This document shows positions 12,537 to 26,548 of a stretch of DNA of 64,000 nucleotides, in pieces. The notes beneath the pieces were generated by a model. It saw nothing but the letters and a program-made list of their open reading frames with translations, searched no databases and was not told the DNA's origin. Within the stretch, counting starts at the first letter, position 1; every line of letters starts with the position of its first letter. The position numbers were made by a program, and so were the translations under genes. Source of the DNA: Nymphon striatum (taxonomy: Eukaryota); contig JABFOP010000225.1 of the NCBI GenBank assembly GCA_016618385.1, forward strand, positions 15,735 through 79,734, given 5' to 3'.

Positions 12537-13261
12537 CTTGTTATAGAAAAACTCCAAAATGGGCAGACTTTTTATATATGATGGCTTATAATGAAAAAGG
12601 GCTGCAAAATAGAGTGAAGCATGGCAAAATGAAATTAACTAAATGGGCCGAGTGCAGGAAAGAAATACTATCAATGTGAGTGAAAGTGGCAGTGGCACAG
12701 TGGGTGGAGCTCTCGTTTGTGAAGTACTGGTTTGGTTTCTGGTTCATAGTTATGAATGAAACTTTGAGTGAAAATTTAAAACACAATATTTCAGCTGGAA
12801 CTTTTACATGGGAATGAATGAGCAGTAAGAAAGGTAGAGTAATAACATGGGATGAACAAAGTATATTTATGGAGATGGATGTTAGGAATCAGGATATTAT
12901 ATGAAATGAAGTTTTAAAAAAATAGAGGGAGATAGAGAGCTGATGTGGTAGGTGTGAGTCATAAAATGAGAGAATATTGCCTTTGGAAGTTTGAGGTTTT
13001 GGACAGAAAGGATGTTGGCAATCCAATAAAGAATGTTTAAGATAATCGAAGAGAGTGAAATGGAAAGGAAAGGAAAGCAGAAACTGAGATGCTGAGATAT
13101 CATGAAAAAGATTATGAGTGAAGATGAAATTTGTTAGATAACAGACAATAAAGTCCTATGGCATACACACATGTTCTAAACAATGTACACTGAGGTAAAG
13201 ACAATGGGAAAAGAAGAAATATTTCAAATAAATAAAAAGTAAGAATGACATACATTCTTAT

Positions 13262-13538
13262 GCTGAAGACTGGTACAATTTTCCTGCCATTAGCTAAATT
13301 ATATACATGAATTCTACCATTATAACTTCCACGGAATAACAGACTCGACTTCACATCCCATACGAAAGAAGTAGTAATCTCTGCTAAGCGGTTAATGCTA
13401 TGGACTTGACTGATAGATGTATCCTTTTGCTTTGATATTGTCAAGAGGTAAATGCTATCATAATAACAATATACTATTTCAAAGCCACAAAATTCCAAGA
13501 ACATCGGGAAAGGACAGTTATAATCATTCTGAGAATAG
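13262..13538 (-). CDS. WD40 exon (NDYNCPFPMFLEFCGFEIVYCYYDSIYLLTISKQKDTSISQVHSINRLAEITTSFVWDVKSSLLFRGSYNGRIHVYNLANGRKIVPVFSIR)
   Basis: ORF 13112..13504. Acceptor ttctcag, donor gtatgt. Confidence 0.55.
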
Positions 13539-14762
13539 AATAAAATATTTTTATATAGAAATGCGACATAAATTATTTAAAATTTTATTTATTTATTAGG
13601 CCTAAAATTCACGAACAGCTTATTAACACTAAAAATATATCAATACAGATTCAAAATATTTAAAATTATTAGGGAAAAAAAAGAAAAAATTTACAAGGTA
13701 GTTAAGTTTTGGCAGCATGACGTCATTTCTAAATAAAGTTCTATAAAGTGGTGAGACAAATATGAACTAATGCCTCATTTCCAAATTTTGATACATATAT
13801 TCTTTTGGTAGATTGATTTAAGTAATTCTCAAGTAGGTTGTAAAATAATTAAATGAAAGTGTGCACAGTGCTGCCAAAAACTAGTGTTGGAGCAAAATTA
13901 AATCCGATTGATTGATAAAATGAAAATAAACAAATGAGTAAGTTAAAACAGGTAAAATGCAAACAAATATAAAATATTTAACTATTAAATTATTTGGTCA
14001 GTAACATTTAAGAATCTTATGAGAAAATGTTATTCATATATTGATCAAGTGTAGAACTGCTTTAATTTGAGGATAGAAACTTAAATTATGAAACAATCGT
14101 TCATGGAAGGACAGTTATCAATCACAAATGAATATTAGAAGAAAAATGAGTTTATTAACTCATTCAGACACATGCTTTTTTATTTATTTCTGGAATAAAG
14201 AAATTCACAAAAACATATGTAAGTTTACCCAACAGTAAGAAATAATTTTGGAGACAGAAAAAATAGGAAAACAATCTGTCAAGCTATTTCAAAATTATTA
14301 TTTTAGTTATTGTTGTCATTTGTTTTATCTAGTATACCATTCAGCTTTGCAAAACATCCTACAAGAAATTTAATTACTTATGCGTGGCTTGATTTTATGT
14401 TATTTTATTAATTATATTTAAAAATTGATCAGAAACTGAATTGTATTTGTATTAAATTTCAACTCACCTTCATTCCTTTGAAAAGTATTAGAAACAATTT
14501 GCATGGATGTGTTATAAAGATTAGTTATAAATCTATAAATCTAAATACAATTTGGTTTCTAATCACTTATTGTATATAATTGAGAAAAGAACAGACGGTC
14601 AAGCTGTTTCTCATGAGAATACAAAAATATAGACATTTATAGGGTTATAGAGAATGTATGAACACTTGGTTCTTATTCTTCACTGAAACACTATTTTGAA
14701 ATTGTAATTCTACAGATGACATGAATTTTAATGATAAGAAATGAGGTAAAAATATAATCTTA

Positions 14763-15066
14763 CCAGACATAAAGAGTGATTTGTCACTTTAATTGGAGGC
14801 TCTTGGCAATTTGGTTTTGTATTCCAAAGTATCAGATAATCTATATTTGTTTCTTGACAAACACTAAAACTAACTGCACAATTTCTTCTTTTGGAAATTG
14901 TAACATTTCGTACTGAATTATCATGATCATAGTCAATTTTCTGATTTTCTCTCATGCTCCAAATTTTAATAGATTTGTCCACAGATGATGTGAAAATGTT
15001 AGAAGTTGACATAGCCAAACCATTTAATTTATCTAAATGACCATTAAATCTAGATACATTTTCAAC
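14763..15066 (-). CDS. WD40 exon (VENVSRFNGHLDKLNGLAMSTSNIFTSSVDKSIKIWSMRENQKIDYDHDNSVRNVTISKRRNCAVSFSVCQETNIDYLILWNTKPNCQEPPIKVTNHSLCL)
   Basis: ORF 14728..15018 extended. SSVDKSIKIWS is a canonical WD40 core. Acceptor ctttag, donor gtaaga. Phase 0 matches the upstream exon. Confidence 0.65.
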
Positions 15067-15136
15067 CTAAAGATTTGATGACAGATGTTTTATGAGAAGT
15101 TTTGCATTGGAAAACATTAACACCAAAAGATTAAGA

Positions 15137-15280
15137 AATTACCGCAAAAGGAATGAAAACAGATACAGTGCCAAATTCAGTTTCAGCACAGATTAGAAAG
15201 TCAGGAACAGGTTTTCGATCATTAATTTCCTTATTTTCATCTTCATTTTCATTTATAGATTCGCTCCAATGGCTTTGAAC
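15137..15280 (-). CDS. Exon (QSHWSESINENEDENKEINDRKPVPDFLICAETEFGTVSVFIPFA)
   Basis: ORF 15131..15361. Acceptor tttttcctag, donor gtaatt. Confidence 0.5.
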
Positions 15281-16861
15281 TAGGAAAAATAATAAATACA
15301 CTCTGAAATATTCTTTGACATACACTATAATAATAGCTCTTAAGTAATCTTTCTCAGGCAAAGCTAGTTACATATATGTTTTCACCCAAATATTATTGAT
15401 GGTGTTTTATAGAATTTTTCTTGAAAGTTTTCCAGAGAATTAATTTGCACATCACATTCTAGTTAGATTTCAAATTATAAATGAGCAGAATTTTTAATCT
15501 TTTAAAAGCAACAAAAGGCTGAAATAATACTTTCTGATATAAATCAAATGAGATCTCCATTCAGACCTTTATTCATTATTTCCATGTATTCTTAAAACTG
15601 ATGGACAAAGTCAATTTACAAATTTTGCTATTGCATATTTGGGACTATTGTTACAGCATTTTAACATAACAAACTCTAAAACGATTATCTGCAATTACCT
15701 CTTTAGTTTCAGAATATTTTATATATTTCATTTACTATTTATTTCATGCTTGTCAAAATATATAGTGGCTTACAGAGATTTGAGCCAAACGACATGGTAT
15801 ATTGAAGAAGTCAGAATATATATATATGACCACCCATAGCATATTACCTCAAAATTGACAAATGGCATATGATTGAAGAAAGTATTTCCTATATTTTATA
15901 GATATAATCAGAAGAGGCATTAAGAATTATTTTCACAAAACAACATATGGTATATTCAAGAAGTCAGAATTTTATATGACCACCCATAGCATTTACAGCA
16001 GCAATTCTTTTGGCCATGTTATAGCGATATCTATGAATCATACTTAAAAGCATATTTCCATGTCTTCTGTAAACAGTCCCAAAGATCATTAATGCTAGAA
16101 GGAGCCAGTTTCATTTTCTCTTAATCAGGATAAACCCATATGGCCTTGATGAGGTTAAAGTCAGGCTTTTGTGAGAGGCCATTCTTTCACTTCCAACATT
16201 CCATCTTTTATTTTTGCCGAAGATAAACTTTTACAATATTCATTTGCAGATGTTTGGGGTCAATAATCTTGACGAAAAATGAAATTTTGACAAATCAACA
16301 ACAAATCAGAAGAAATGGTATGACGCTAGACGTAATGTCATTTGGCAGTAAAACATTACAGTAAATTAGAAACAATTTTATCATTGAATTATTTATCTGC
16401 TTGAAACAGATTCTGGCAGTTAAATATCAATACATTGAATTGTTAGTAAGCATCTCTACATTGAGACATTGGCTTTGACAAGCTTCCACATCTTAATTAA
16501 TTAATTATATACAGCATTTTACATCAGGAGCATATGAAATTTACTATGTAATAAGTTACAAGTAACAAAAATGATATAAAAGCAGCCAAAATTGTTTCTG
16601 TTCCTATGTATTGATATAAATGTTAGACATTTTAGTGGAACACGGAAATCCCTGTTTTCTGTAGAAACACCCAGATAGATAGTAACAAAATACCAATTCT
16701 TGAGCTGAGTTATACTGTACATGTAGTGATACTCGGTAGAAACAGCTTATATGACTTAAGCCACATTGATGTATGAAATACAACAAATATTCTCATTATC
16801 ATCATGATTACATTCAATTTCACATACAAATATAGTCAGGTTCAAAATTTTGTCACTATAA

Positions 16862-16886
16862 TATATTATATCATAGTTAGTTAGTT
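16862..16886. repeat. (AGTT)n microsatellite
   Basis: agttagttagttagttagtt. Confidence 0.9.
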
Positions 16887-17329
16887 AGTTAGTTAGGATT
16901 ACGTGCTTGGCAACAAAAGGCCCTTGCACGAAGTCTGAATAATCTTTCCTTAATTATTGTACATACAGATGACCATTCATCCTGATTTCTAGCCAATAAA
17001 GCCCTTCTATATTGACTTTGCACTGAAATTACGGGGGGGGGGGGTGATAACGGGGCATTTGGAAATTATCTGTTCTATGTCTTCGTTTGGGTGTTCGCAT
17101 AGCTGACATTGAGGTGAAGTAGAAAGATTAAATCTGTGCAGATAGGTGTAGGACGGAAAGTGGTTAAATCGGAGTTTCGTTATGATGACTTGGTGTTGCC
17201 TCATAACAAAAAGGGAAAAAAAAGCCACAAATATTACTCACCACATAGATTACTATTATAGCTATTTGCAGAAAACAAAAATGATTGTCCTGGAACTATC
17301 TTTTCAATTGATGTGCATAATTTACCATT

Positions 17330-17388
17330 CTCATCATAAACATCTATTTTGCCATTGTTTGATCCAGTTAATATATAATCATCCTTAA
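17330..17388 (-). CDS. WD40 exon (DDYILTGSNNGKIDVYDEN)
   Basis: Acceptor ttttaag, donor gtaaat. Confidence 0.45.
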
Positions 17389-17571
17389 AAATATACATTT
17401 CATTACTATTAAATGAAGAATATTATTCCGGCTATGCTCATTTTACAACATAGCAAAATAAATAAATAAATCAATAAATATATCAATGAATATAAATATA
17501 ATAAATAGATAATTAATAAGAAATAAATTTTGTCAGATTTGAAGAAAACAAAATACATACAAGCACCATGA

Positions 17572-17680
17572 ATGAATGTGGTGAATCAGGTAATTGAATT
17601 ATATCTTTCCATGTGAAACGATCATCGGGTACATATTTAGCCGTTTTCATCATGCCATCAGATGGAACAGCATACTGAAA
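17572..17680 (-). CDS. Exon (YAVPSDGMMKTAKYVPDDRFTWKDIIQLPDSPHSFM)
   Basis: Acceptor ctgtttcag, donor gtgctt. Confidence 0.45.
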
Positions 17681-18911
17681 CAGTAAAGTGGAAAGATTAT
17701 ATTATTTTCAATATTTTTTATTTGCGGGAACATCAAAGAAAGATATAACTAATTAATTAATCATCATTATTTATTTAAGTATATTAAGTATAGCCTTTGC
17801 AGAAGTTTTGAAAAATGTTTTGTAGGAAGATACCTCAGAGCATCAGTGAACAAAGTGCTCTAAACAATTAATTTCAAATTGAAACAGCACAAACTAAAGT
17901 GAATACTAAACCAAATTAGCTTTACATATTAATAAATTCATATTTTTATATTCTTCAACTAAATAAGAAATCTAAAGTTATTCAATGAACAAAATGTAAG
18001 AAAAGAATAAAGATCAAAATTAGATAAAGGTAAGCCAAATTACAATAGAATCCCATTTAACATCTAATAGTTCTGCTTTGAAGTTTTCAATAATCTTGAA
18101 GGGAGTAAAATCTTTTTCAATGAGAAATTTATTAAAAAATTTCAAAACCTGAAAGTAAAAAAGATAAATTAAAATCTATGCAACTATCGCATATAAAATG
18201 AACTAAATCAGTACACATATGGAATGCCAGCTAATACACTGATATGCTTCCAAATAATCAACCCAAGTTTATATTTAATATTTTATATTTAAAAAACTGA
18301 TGCCTGCCTTTGATGATAAAGTTACTTAAATTAAAAAAGGAACATGATAAAAAAAAAAAAACATAAGATATAAGATTATGCTCATACGATAATAAATAAA
18401 ACAAACAAATAAGAACCCCACATGATTTCAAGCTTTACGGAGCCTACAAGCCTTCATTTTCCGTTGCTTATTTTTCTAACTTTTTCATCTTTCATGCAAG
18501 TCACTTTCATCTGTGCCATTCAATCACGTCCACAGGCAAGTTTTTCTGACATCACTATTACCAGATACTGCAAACTACTGCCGCATTAACCGAACCTCCA
18601 GCATTAATTCTTTAAAGCAATTTTCAAACACTTTTCCTATTTGATTCTCCTCAAATCAAAATTAAGAGAGGGAAATTAAACAAACTTATGGAATAGTAAA
18701 TAATTTCATTTTTCTGCCATCTACTTTTGTATTAATTTCATTTTCATACATTTCCTTTCAAAAATATTGCATTTCTCTACAACTGGGTGGAGGAGTTTTG
18801 TGGTAGATCTGTTGCATTTCGGTGACATCACAGTTTATGACATAATTCTACCTCTATGATATGTATTGAACCTCTAACAGCTTTAACTTAATAAAATATT
18901 TTCTTGCTATT

Positions 18912-19493
18912 GCAGGGGTCGAAATTCCCATTTGCCCGGCGGTCCGAGACCCCCAAAAATTACGTCGGACCACCTAAGTGTTGTAGTAAAGGTGTCCGGT
19001 GGACCTCCTGAAATTTGTCAATAAAAATTTTCATTTTTAAAATTCCCGCCATGGCGGCGTATATACTATCTTGTACTTACAATGTTCGCCAACATAAAAG
19101 TCGCGCGAGAGAACTAAATTAACTAATACTTTTGCAGCGAAGAATATTACGATAGGTCTTGTAATGCTGATTTAGAAAGTGACAATGAATGCAACAGTGA
19201 ATTAAGTGACTATGATGATGATGATACCTATGATGATGAGAGAGACATTTGATTGTATTGTTGATTATTTTAGAAATATAGATCTATTCATGACCAACAC
19301 CTTTGTTTTATAAGAATTTTAAATTTCCCGCCAATTCAAATTTTGAGTTTCCCGCTAATTCAAAGTTCGAATTTCCCGCCGTTTTAAGAAACCGAAAAAA
19401 ATCAGGACCACCAGATTTTCAGGAGGACCACCTAAAATTTTGGCAGGGGGTCCTGTGGACCACTTGGGATTTCATGGAAATTTCTACCCCTGT
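18912..19493. mobile_element. MITE (about 580 bp) with ~100-bp imperfect TIRs starting CAGGGGT..., internal 22-bp triplicate (gaatttcccgc), apparent 5-bp TSD TATTG
   Basis: 18912-19015 is the reverse complement of 19395-19493. Flanks gctATTG|caggggtc ... acccctg|TATTGcg. Confidence 0.6.
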
Positions 19494-19841
19494 ATTGCGC
19501 CATTAACCATGTGACATCTAACTTATATATTACATATCATTCATCTACTTCACATCCTGATTGTTTTAACATGCTAAATCTAACATAATTTCTTTTAAAC
19601 TGCCTGAAACCAAACTAAAAAAATTAATAAATAAATTCATAATTATGCCAGCTGGAATGATAATTTATATATTTCTAATTTGGTGGTTTAAAACATTGAA
19701 AAGAGTATGATAATCATTCATTCATTCATATTTCATGGAAATAATTTTCAATGAACACATGCGATAAATAAAATATTTGAGCTTAAAACGAGATTCAGAT
19801 GAAATCATAAGATGATTTTATAAATGAACTCTTACTTTGTC

Positions 19842-19930
19842 AGATCCAAGTGTAACAAATATTGATGAAGTAATTTCTTTAATAGCAACAATTGATCCAT
19901 TATGAGCTTGAATTTTAGATTTTGGGAAAT
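19842..19930 (-). CDS. WD40 exon (RENFPKSKIQAHNGSIVAIKEITSSIFVTLGSDK)
   Basis: Acceptor cattttgtag, donor gtaaga. Confidence 0.5.
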
Positions 19931-21894
19931 TTTCTCTACAAAATGAAAAAATTATCAATCAGCTGAGTGAGAAAACTGATATCATGACATGTCATTTTGA
20001 AATCAAATAAGTATCGTATTTCTTGGCGTATAAGTTGACCCTTGTAAATCTTCAACATTTTATTAATGACAATTTGTGAAGCGATATCTTAAATGTAAAA
20101 CAACAGCTGTTTGAGTTCATTAAAGACCGCGTGACAAATAAATAAGTTCTGAAAACTATTTGTGGGTGATTCAATCATTATATGGGTTGATTTTAGAGCC
20201 ATTATCTGTTTCCTTACTCAGGGCTTGATCCAGGGGAAAAAGTTTGGACACCCATCATTTTACGATCAATCTAAAGCTAAGTTTCGGCCGAGGGCACTTG
20301 CGCCCGTTTTTTAGAAAAAAAGAAAGATTTTGTATGATAAAATGAAGACATTTTAGAGCACCATGGGGAAAAGTATTAAGCAATTAGAGTGACAGTATGT
20401 TACACCAATCAGAGACTGAAAGACAACCTAACATTCATCTGGACTTGACAAAAGTTAAACATGATCAGATCACAATTATATATTTTTTTGAAATATGCAA
20501 GGTTGATTATGTTGATCATGTTAACTTTATATCAGGATAATATAAAAAGACTGCCTTTTTGATACAGGTAACCAACTACATGCAGTCCTTGCATTTTTAA
20601 AATCGGACGGGACTGATAAATAGGCCTCATCACGTGGGGTGAGGGGGCTGATTTTAAAATTGCTTCAAAATCTTGTGACTTAGTTTTTGTAAACTGTTTA
20701 TTGTAACCTGTGGTCCAAATTGACCAATGTCCGTACAAACTGAGCCTAATCCTAACTATGTAATTTCAAAATGTACCCTAAAAGGCCGCCTAACACAAAG
20801 TTTTAAAAATTCAAAATCTCGCAAAATGTCCACACCTGGATCAACCAGTAACCTAGTAATAATGTCAAAAAGGTTATTCTCATAACAAATTTATGAGTTT
20901 ATTGATCCATTTTTGTCAACAAAACTAATTTATCTACAAATATATCTCCAATGACAGAAGATGTAAATGTGTTATACGTGTGTTCAGTACATTCTGCCAA
21001 ATAGTAATTAATTTCAGCATGTAAATCTTCAGGCAAAACCCCCAAAAGTCACTATTATTAGATTCGTCAGATAATTGTGAAAGAGATTCATCCCCTGAGC
21101 TACCTGAAGATAAGTCCAACAAAACAGTATTTTCTATATATATATAAAAAAATTTCACGGCTAAATTTTGTTTTGAGTTCATTAAAGACCGACGGACGGC
21201 CTATCGATTCAATAAGTTTTGAAAACAATTTCGTGGGTGATCCAGTCATTTTATGGAAATTATTGAAAATTGACCACGGGTCGATTAGGAGGGCAAGGCT
21301 GATCGGCTATGTAAAAATGCAAACCCTGCACATGTAAACATAATTTTATAAAGTTCAAACTTGTACGTCTTTATCATACCTGTCAACCCCGATGCCTGCC
21401 AGCCCTTATTAAACATTGTACTTTCCCTTACTAAATCACTAAAAACAGTATGCGTGCCACAAAACTTGTTCTAATGGGTAACAACACATAACAAAGCCGT
21501 TGATCTGCCTGGATCGGAAGCCTGGATTGGAAGAGGAAATAATTCTAAGCCTAAAGCGCATGCGCAAAAAATCGCCACGCGCAGACGCGACCAAAACGAG
21601 ATCACAAATTAAATTTTTCTTATTTACCCGTGATGCCTTGCACCAGAATCGGAAAAAGATGTCTGTCGAACGTAAACATAAGCAATTTTGAGTTTTAAAA
21701 ACAATATGATCGTAGTTTTGTTGAGAAAAAGTGAGAAAAAAATAATTGTGAATTTTGAAATTTCCCGTATGGGTTTTCATTGTACGCCGTATATTACTAC
21801 AGTCACTGTATTACACTTTCATGAGAATAAAACAGTTTTCGCTCTTGCTGCCCGCTGTTCCGGCGATAGATGGGTTACTCATCTGCCATGGATC

Positions 21895-22170
21895 CTTCGT
21901 ATAAGCTGACACACACCGTAGTCCTCCGTGGTGTAGCGGTTAACACGCTTGGCTCATGAGTTGGGAGACGCGGGTTCATTTCCCGGAGGTACCAATGTTA
22001 CGTTCACAGGGAAGCAGATTTAGGGGACCATTAATTAAGAGATAGAAAAAGGAACCTCTTACCTCCAACGGGAATCAAACTTGCGTCTTCCAACTCATGA
22101 GCCAAGCGTGTTAACCGCTACACCACGGAGGACTGCGGTGTGTATCAGCTTATACGAAGCTCATACTCTT
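21895..22170. repeat. tRNA-like sequence (about 72 nt) and its inverted copy forming a near-perfect ~100-bp-stem hairpin around a ~70-nt loop
   Basis: cttcgtataagctgacacacaccgtagtcctccgtggtgtagcggttaacacgcttggctcatgagttgg… versus reverse complement at 22060-22165 with about 10 mismatches. Confidence 0.7.
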
Positions 22171-22993
22171 GGAAGTTATTAACATTAATGTAGTCGCTAC
22201 ATGACTCCCCGGCTAGTAATAACGTGTATAGAATTAGCGAGACATATATGACCTGTCTGAAGGTTAGAATAGATCTGTGACCATAAGTGGTATCGGCCTG
22301 AAGGCAGACGGAAAGAAAGAAAGAAATATATACATGGTGAAAAAGAACAATATAATTTATGGTAATAAATTCCCATATGGCTTGGGGACATACGGGGGAA
22401 GAAAAATATGGCAGTCAGATGTCGTCGCTAACGGTCGTTACATTTCAAGGCTGAAGTTTGTTCTTAATTGAAGAAGATTTGTCTCTCTTTCACCACAGAA
22501 CACCATTCTCAGCAATTTGTTTGGCATAGCTATTACAATTTTTTTTTAAATTTTGAGTATGGGCGCCCAAACCTGTTTAAACAGGTTCAAAATCTTCAGG
22601 CCCTGTTATTGGTCACCTAATTCAGGGAGCATCAGCCAATCATAGAATAAACTGCCAGACAATCGATCTCACAAAAAGTTCAAGCGTCGAGACTTTGTGA
22701 TTTACGTGACTTATGTGAAATAAGTTGATGTGGATTTTTTCACCCCTATTTTGGGTCTCAGAAACTTGACTTATACACCGAGAAAAACAGTATCAAGATA
22801 TTTAAAATACTAGTTAAAAGTAAACTTTCAAGGAAAAAAAAACCATCATTCAAAAAAAAAAAAGAATAAAAAAGGTTATTGCAAAAATGAAATTTAAAAA
22901 ATGAGAAAAGTTAAAAGAATAGTACTTGACAGTAATTCTATAAAAACAAAAAAACAAAACACGAACAAAATGTAAGACTGTAAAATAAATTAC

Positions 22994-23088
22994 TTTGCAT
23001 CTTCCATTTTGAACCAACACAATGTACCATCTTCATTGCCAACAAATAATTCAGAAAATAACAAGATTAAAGCTGTTACTGGAGATAA
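22994..23088 (-). CDS. WD40 exon (TALILLFSELFVGNEDGTLCWFKMEDAK)
   Basis: Acceptor tctccag, donor gtaatt. Confidence 0.45.
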
Positions 23089-23228
23089 ATTTTGACAATT
23101 GTATTCAAATTTCACGCTGTTTTTTATTTTTGATTCCACATTCACACTCTATGAATGAAAGAAGATTTTAACTTGTTTAAAGATTGAAGATAAAATAATA
23201 ACGGCTGTGTTAGTGAGCATTTTATTAC

Positions 23229-23335
23229 CATCACAACTCCAGATGAGGTACCAACATAAATTTCGTCAAATGAAATATCCATTAATGTGATTATATCATT
23301 TGTAACTTGTTTGGAAATTTCTGAAGAGATCAACA
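23229..23335 (-). CDS. WD40 exon (LISSEISKQVTNDIITLMDISFDEIYVGTSSGVVM)
   Basis: ORF 23142..23336. Acceptor ttgcag, donor gtaata. Confidence 0.45.
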
Positions 23336-23696
23336 CTGCAATTCAACATATTGAAATGAATAAATTATTACAGAAACAATGACTACAGTAATTTTTCCAT
23401 ATCTGCATAACATGTTAAACACATTTTCAGTTTTACTAGTTTCAAGACTGTGCCTTACTAGTGAGATAATACTACAATATGATTAAATGAAAAACATGTT
23501 GCTAAAAATGATGAAAAAAATTTCTAAGAAATTAATAGCCTTACAAAATGGTTCATGTAAATTATTGACAGAGTTTAGACTTTCTTATTATAAATTGGTT
23601 TACAAAACAAACCATTTAGAAGTGAAAAACGTAAACAAATAAAATATTCTTACTAGAGCTTCCATGATAAATAAATTCTACACAAACAACATAACC

Positions 23697-23808
23697 ATCA
23701 TGATAGGAAATACACAATCTACTGAGTCTGACATTGCGATGGCAGTAACTGCAAAATTTCTTGCATATGAATATGCTTTCTTTCCAGTCGTTGATTTGAA
23801 AACCTAAA
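23697..23808 (-). CDS. WD40 exon (VFKSTTGKKAYSYARNFAVTAIAMSDSVDCVFPIMM); 3' boundary uncertain
   Basis: Acceptor catttag. Two WD-like frames overlap here. Confidence 0.35.
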
Positions 23809-24962
23809 TGTATGAAAAAGCAAATATTAGACATAAGTATTTGTATATCAATAACTTTAAATAAAAATCAACAGGGTAATCAATAAAATATTATATATTA
23901 TATTTATTATCATTTTTATTTTAATTGAATTTCTTATACACCGATACACACTTATTTATATGCCACGTTTTACTATAGTTAATATAAAAATTCATATTGT
24001 TTATAATATTTATTATAATAAAGAAATATTTACCTAACCGCGCCCAAACAGTTTTGAGAATAAAAAAAGCAGACGACTTATGAATGAATGACGTCACTTA
24101 TAAAAATAATGTTTTACACTTTTACAACTCACAATTTTCTTACCATGAATGTAGAAATATGCATTTGTTAAATATTCTATGTTTCAGGCATAACTGCTTC
24201 TGATATTACCAATTTCAAAATATATGGCATATTAACATATTTTCTTGTAGAACTGTATCTAATATCTCTTAATTAATGTGATTATTTTTACGCGGATTAT
24301 TGTATTCTATAGATTAAACCAATGCTACAAAAGAGTTATTTGGATCACATATGATATAAAAATGTTGAAATGGAAATTGAATCCATAAGTTGTTTTTTAA
24401 TTATTTTAAATGTTTTTAAGATATTATGTGATATAGAGGATAATATTGTAAATTATTAAAAAATCAAAGATTTTCTATGTGTTAAAAATTGAAATGAGAA
24501 TTACACTCCAAACATAAAAATACAATAAGGAAAAATTTTTGAATAAGAATTCAAGTTACAATATCTGGTTTTCTGGACTGAGGTACAGATCTTACATCAA
24601 TCAGTAAGATTTTATATCTATACAAAAAATATTTTGAGTTTTTTTTTTCATTTTGGGATGATATGATACACTTTCTTTATTTTCGTTTGGTGCTCACATG
24701 ATCCCTTTCAATTTTGTTATTTTACAGAGATTTCATTACTCATACGATCTACCAATAAAAATATTAACGATATACAAACACTAATTAAGCTAACATTCGG
24801 ATTATTGCACACTTAGCTTTTGATACTTTCTTTGGCGTTTGAGGACTTTGAATTTTAATTTATGTATTTGATGTTCAACAAAATGAATACATTCAAAATT
24901 TAAAAAGCATTTATAAAATATAAACAATCTTAGAGATAATAACTGTGACATACCGATGTGGA

Positions 24963-25058
24963 ATCTTTATCATCATCATTTACAATTATATTTGTCCCAC
25001 AGGGAGATACAAGCAGTTCATTGGCATGGAATTTCTTATAATATGTCTGAAATTGTGA
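24963..25058 (-). CDS. Exon (TYYKKFHANELLVSPCGTNIIVNDDDKDSTS)
   Basis: Acceptor caatttcag, donor gtatgt. Confidence 0.5.
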
Positions 25059-25135
25059 AAAAATAAATAGATGGCAAATGAGAGAAGATGAATTTTAAAG
25101 ATCACTATGTAAATGTGGTTAAAAACTTACAATCA

Positions 25136-25252
25136 TTTGATTTGATAATGACCAAAGTAGTATTTCAGTCATAGAAGCTGAAACAGCAGTTGTACCCGCT
25201 AGATTAATAGATATGTTTTGAACAGATGATTTGTGTCCCCTAAATGTCTATT
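25136..25252 (-). CDS. WD40 exon (TFRGHKSSVQNISINLAGTTAVSASMTEILLWSLSNQMI)
   Basis: Acceptor aattaatag, donor gtaagt. Confidence 0.55.
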
Positions 25253-25324
25253 AATTATGCAATGACTATTAATATAAATCAACTAGAATGAAAATCTAAT
25301 AGGTGAAAGAAATATAAATCATAC

Positions 25325-25434
25325 ATATTTTTTCGTCATGTTTATCAAATCCCAACTCTTGATGAGTTTGTCCCAACCACCAACAAGAATTTCTTGTTTT
25401 GATGGATAGAATTTCACACAATTATGTGGAAGTC
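25325..25434 (-). CDS. WD40 exon (LPHNCVKFYPSKQEILVGGWDKLIKSWDLINMTKKY)
   Basis: Acceptor ccttttcag, donor gtatga. Confidence 0.55.
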
Positions 25435-26099
25435 TGAAAAGGATAATTTCAAAAATTATTATGATGATAACAAAATATTTATAAAACAATAAAATTCAAC
25501 CAAGATATGAGAGACTAGATGATAGGCTAACTTAATTTTTTCAGAATGAGTCTGAAGATTTAATTTTCCATAATTTTTCACGTCTTTTAAGGACTAAAAG
25601 TCATGGCATGGTTGGTAACATTATTTCGTTTGTTTTTTATTTTAACATGACTTAATTCAGGTTTCCACCCTCATGAGATCTATCAAGGACTTAGGAGCTA
25701 GCACAACACAAAAAGTCCTTTATACAGATACAGGTAGATAATGTTGAAGCAGTAAGATTTAAAAGTTTAATGCAAAGATATTATCAGTAATACTGGTAGT
25801 CTTAATACTGTGCAGGGTGAACATCCTCAATTAGTAAATTTCCTTGTTTACACTAAAATACAAAATGCTGGCTGTGTTATGATTTCAACTGAACACTCGA
25901 ATGTTGAAAGGTTCAGAAATGGACATGCTAACAACAGTATCACCAGTCCCATGCACTGTATTAGTAGTATTGAGTATTGAGGTGATTGTTCTTAAACATT
26001 ATACGCACACATAATACATAAACGTTCAAACTGAAACGTTCTACACTATAATTTATGTAAAAAATCTTGGTTTAGTTATAACTCTTGAACATATCTCAC

Positions 26100-26249
26100 C
26101 TTTCAGATGTTATTTTAGAGATCAATCTTCCATCTGTTACGGCCCATAAACATATCTTGCAATCATAGCCAACAGATACTATTGTCATCTTATCACTATC
26201 AATTGCGCAGTCTATAACATCTCTGCTGTGGCATTGTAACACAGACAAA
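26100..26249 (-). CDS. WD40 exon (LSVLQCHSRDVIDCAIDSDKMTIVSVGYDCKICLWAVTDGRLISKITSE)
   Basis: Acceptor ttatttattag, donor gtgaga. Phase fits the previous exon. Confidence 0.6.
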
Positions 26250-26326
26250 CTAATAAATAAAATTTAGTATAAAGAATTGATACATGACAGTGATATTGAT
26301 GTAAGAAAGGACAGCAAAAATATTAC

Positions 26327-26440
26327 CGTAATCCATTGACAATATTCCAAATACTAAGCGATGTATCTTTACTTGAACTACAGAATTTATTGCTGCCTAT
26401 CATTTTTAGAGAGGTGATCGAATTAGAGTGACCAACAAAT
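26327..26440 (-). CDS. WD40 exon (FVGHSNSITSLKMIGSNKFCSSSKDTSLSIWNIVNGL)
   Basis: GH...SSSKD..L.IW repeat pattern. Donor gtaata. An intervening exon upstream is probably missed (phase mismatch). Confidence 0.5.
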
Positions 26441-26548
26441 CTTTTAATTTTCTAATGAAAAGAGGAAATTAGTAATCAAATAATTTGAAACAGCAGATAA
26501 TGCAGATTAACAATATAAATTAAATAATAATGTTCTAGAAGAAAGATT

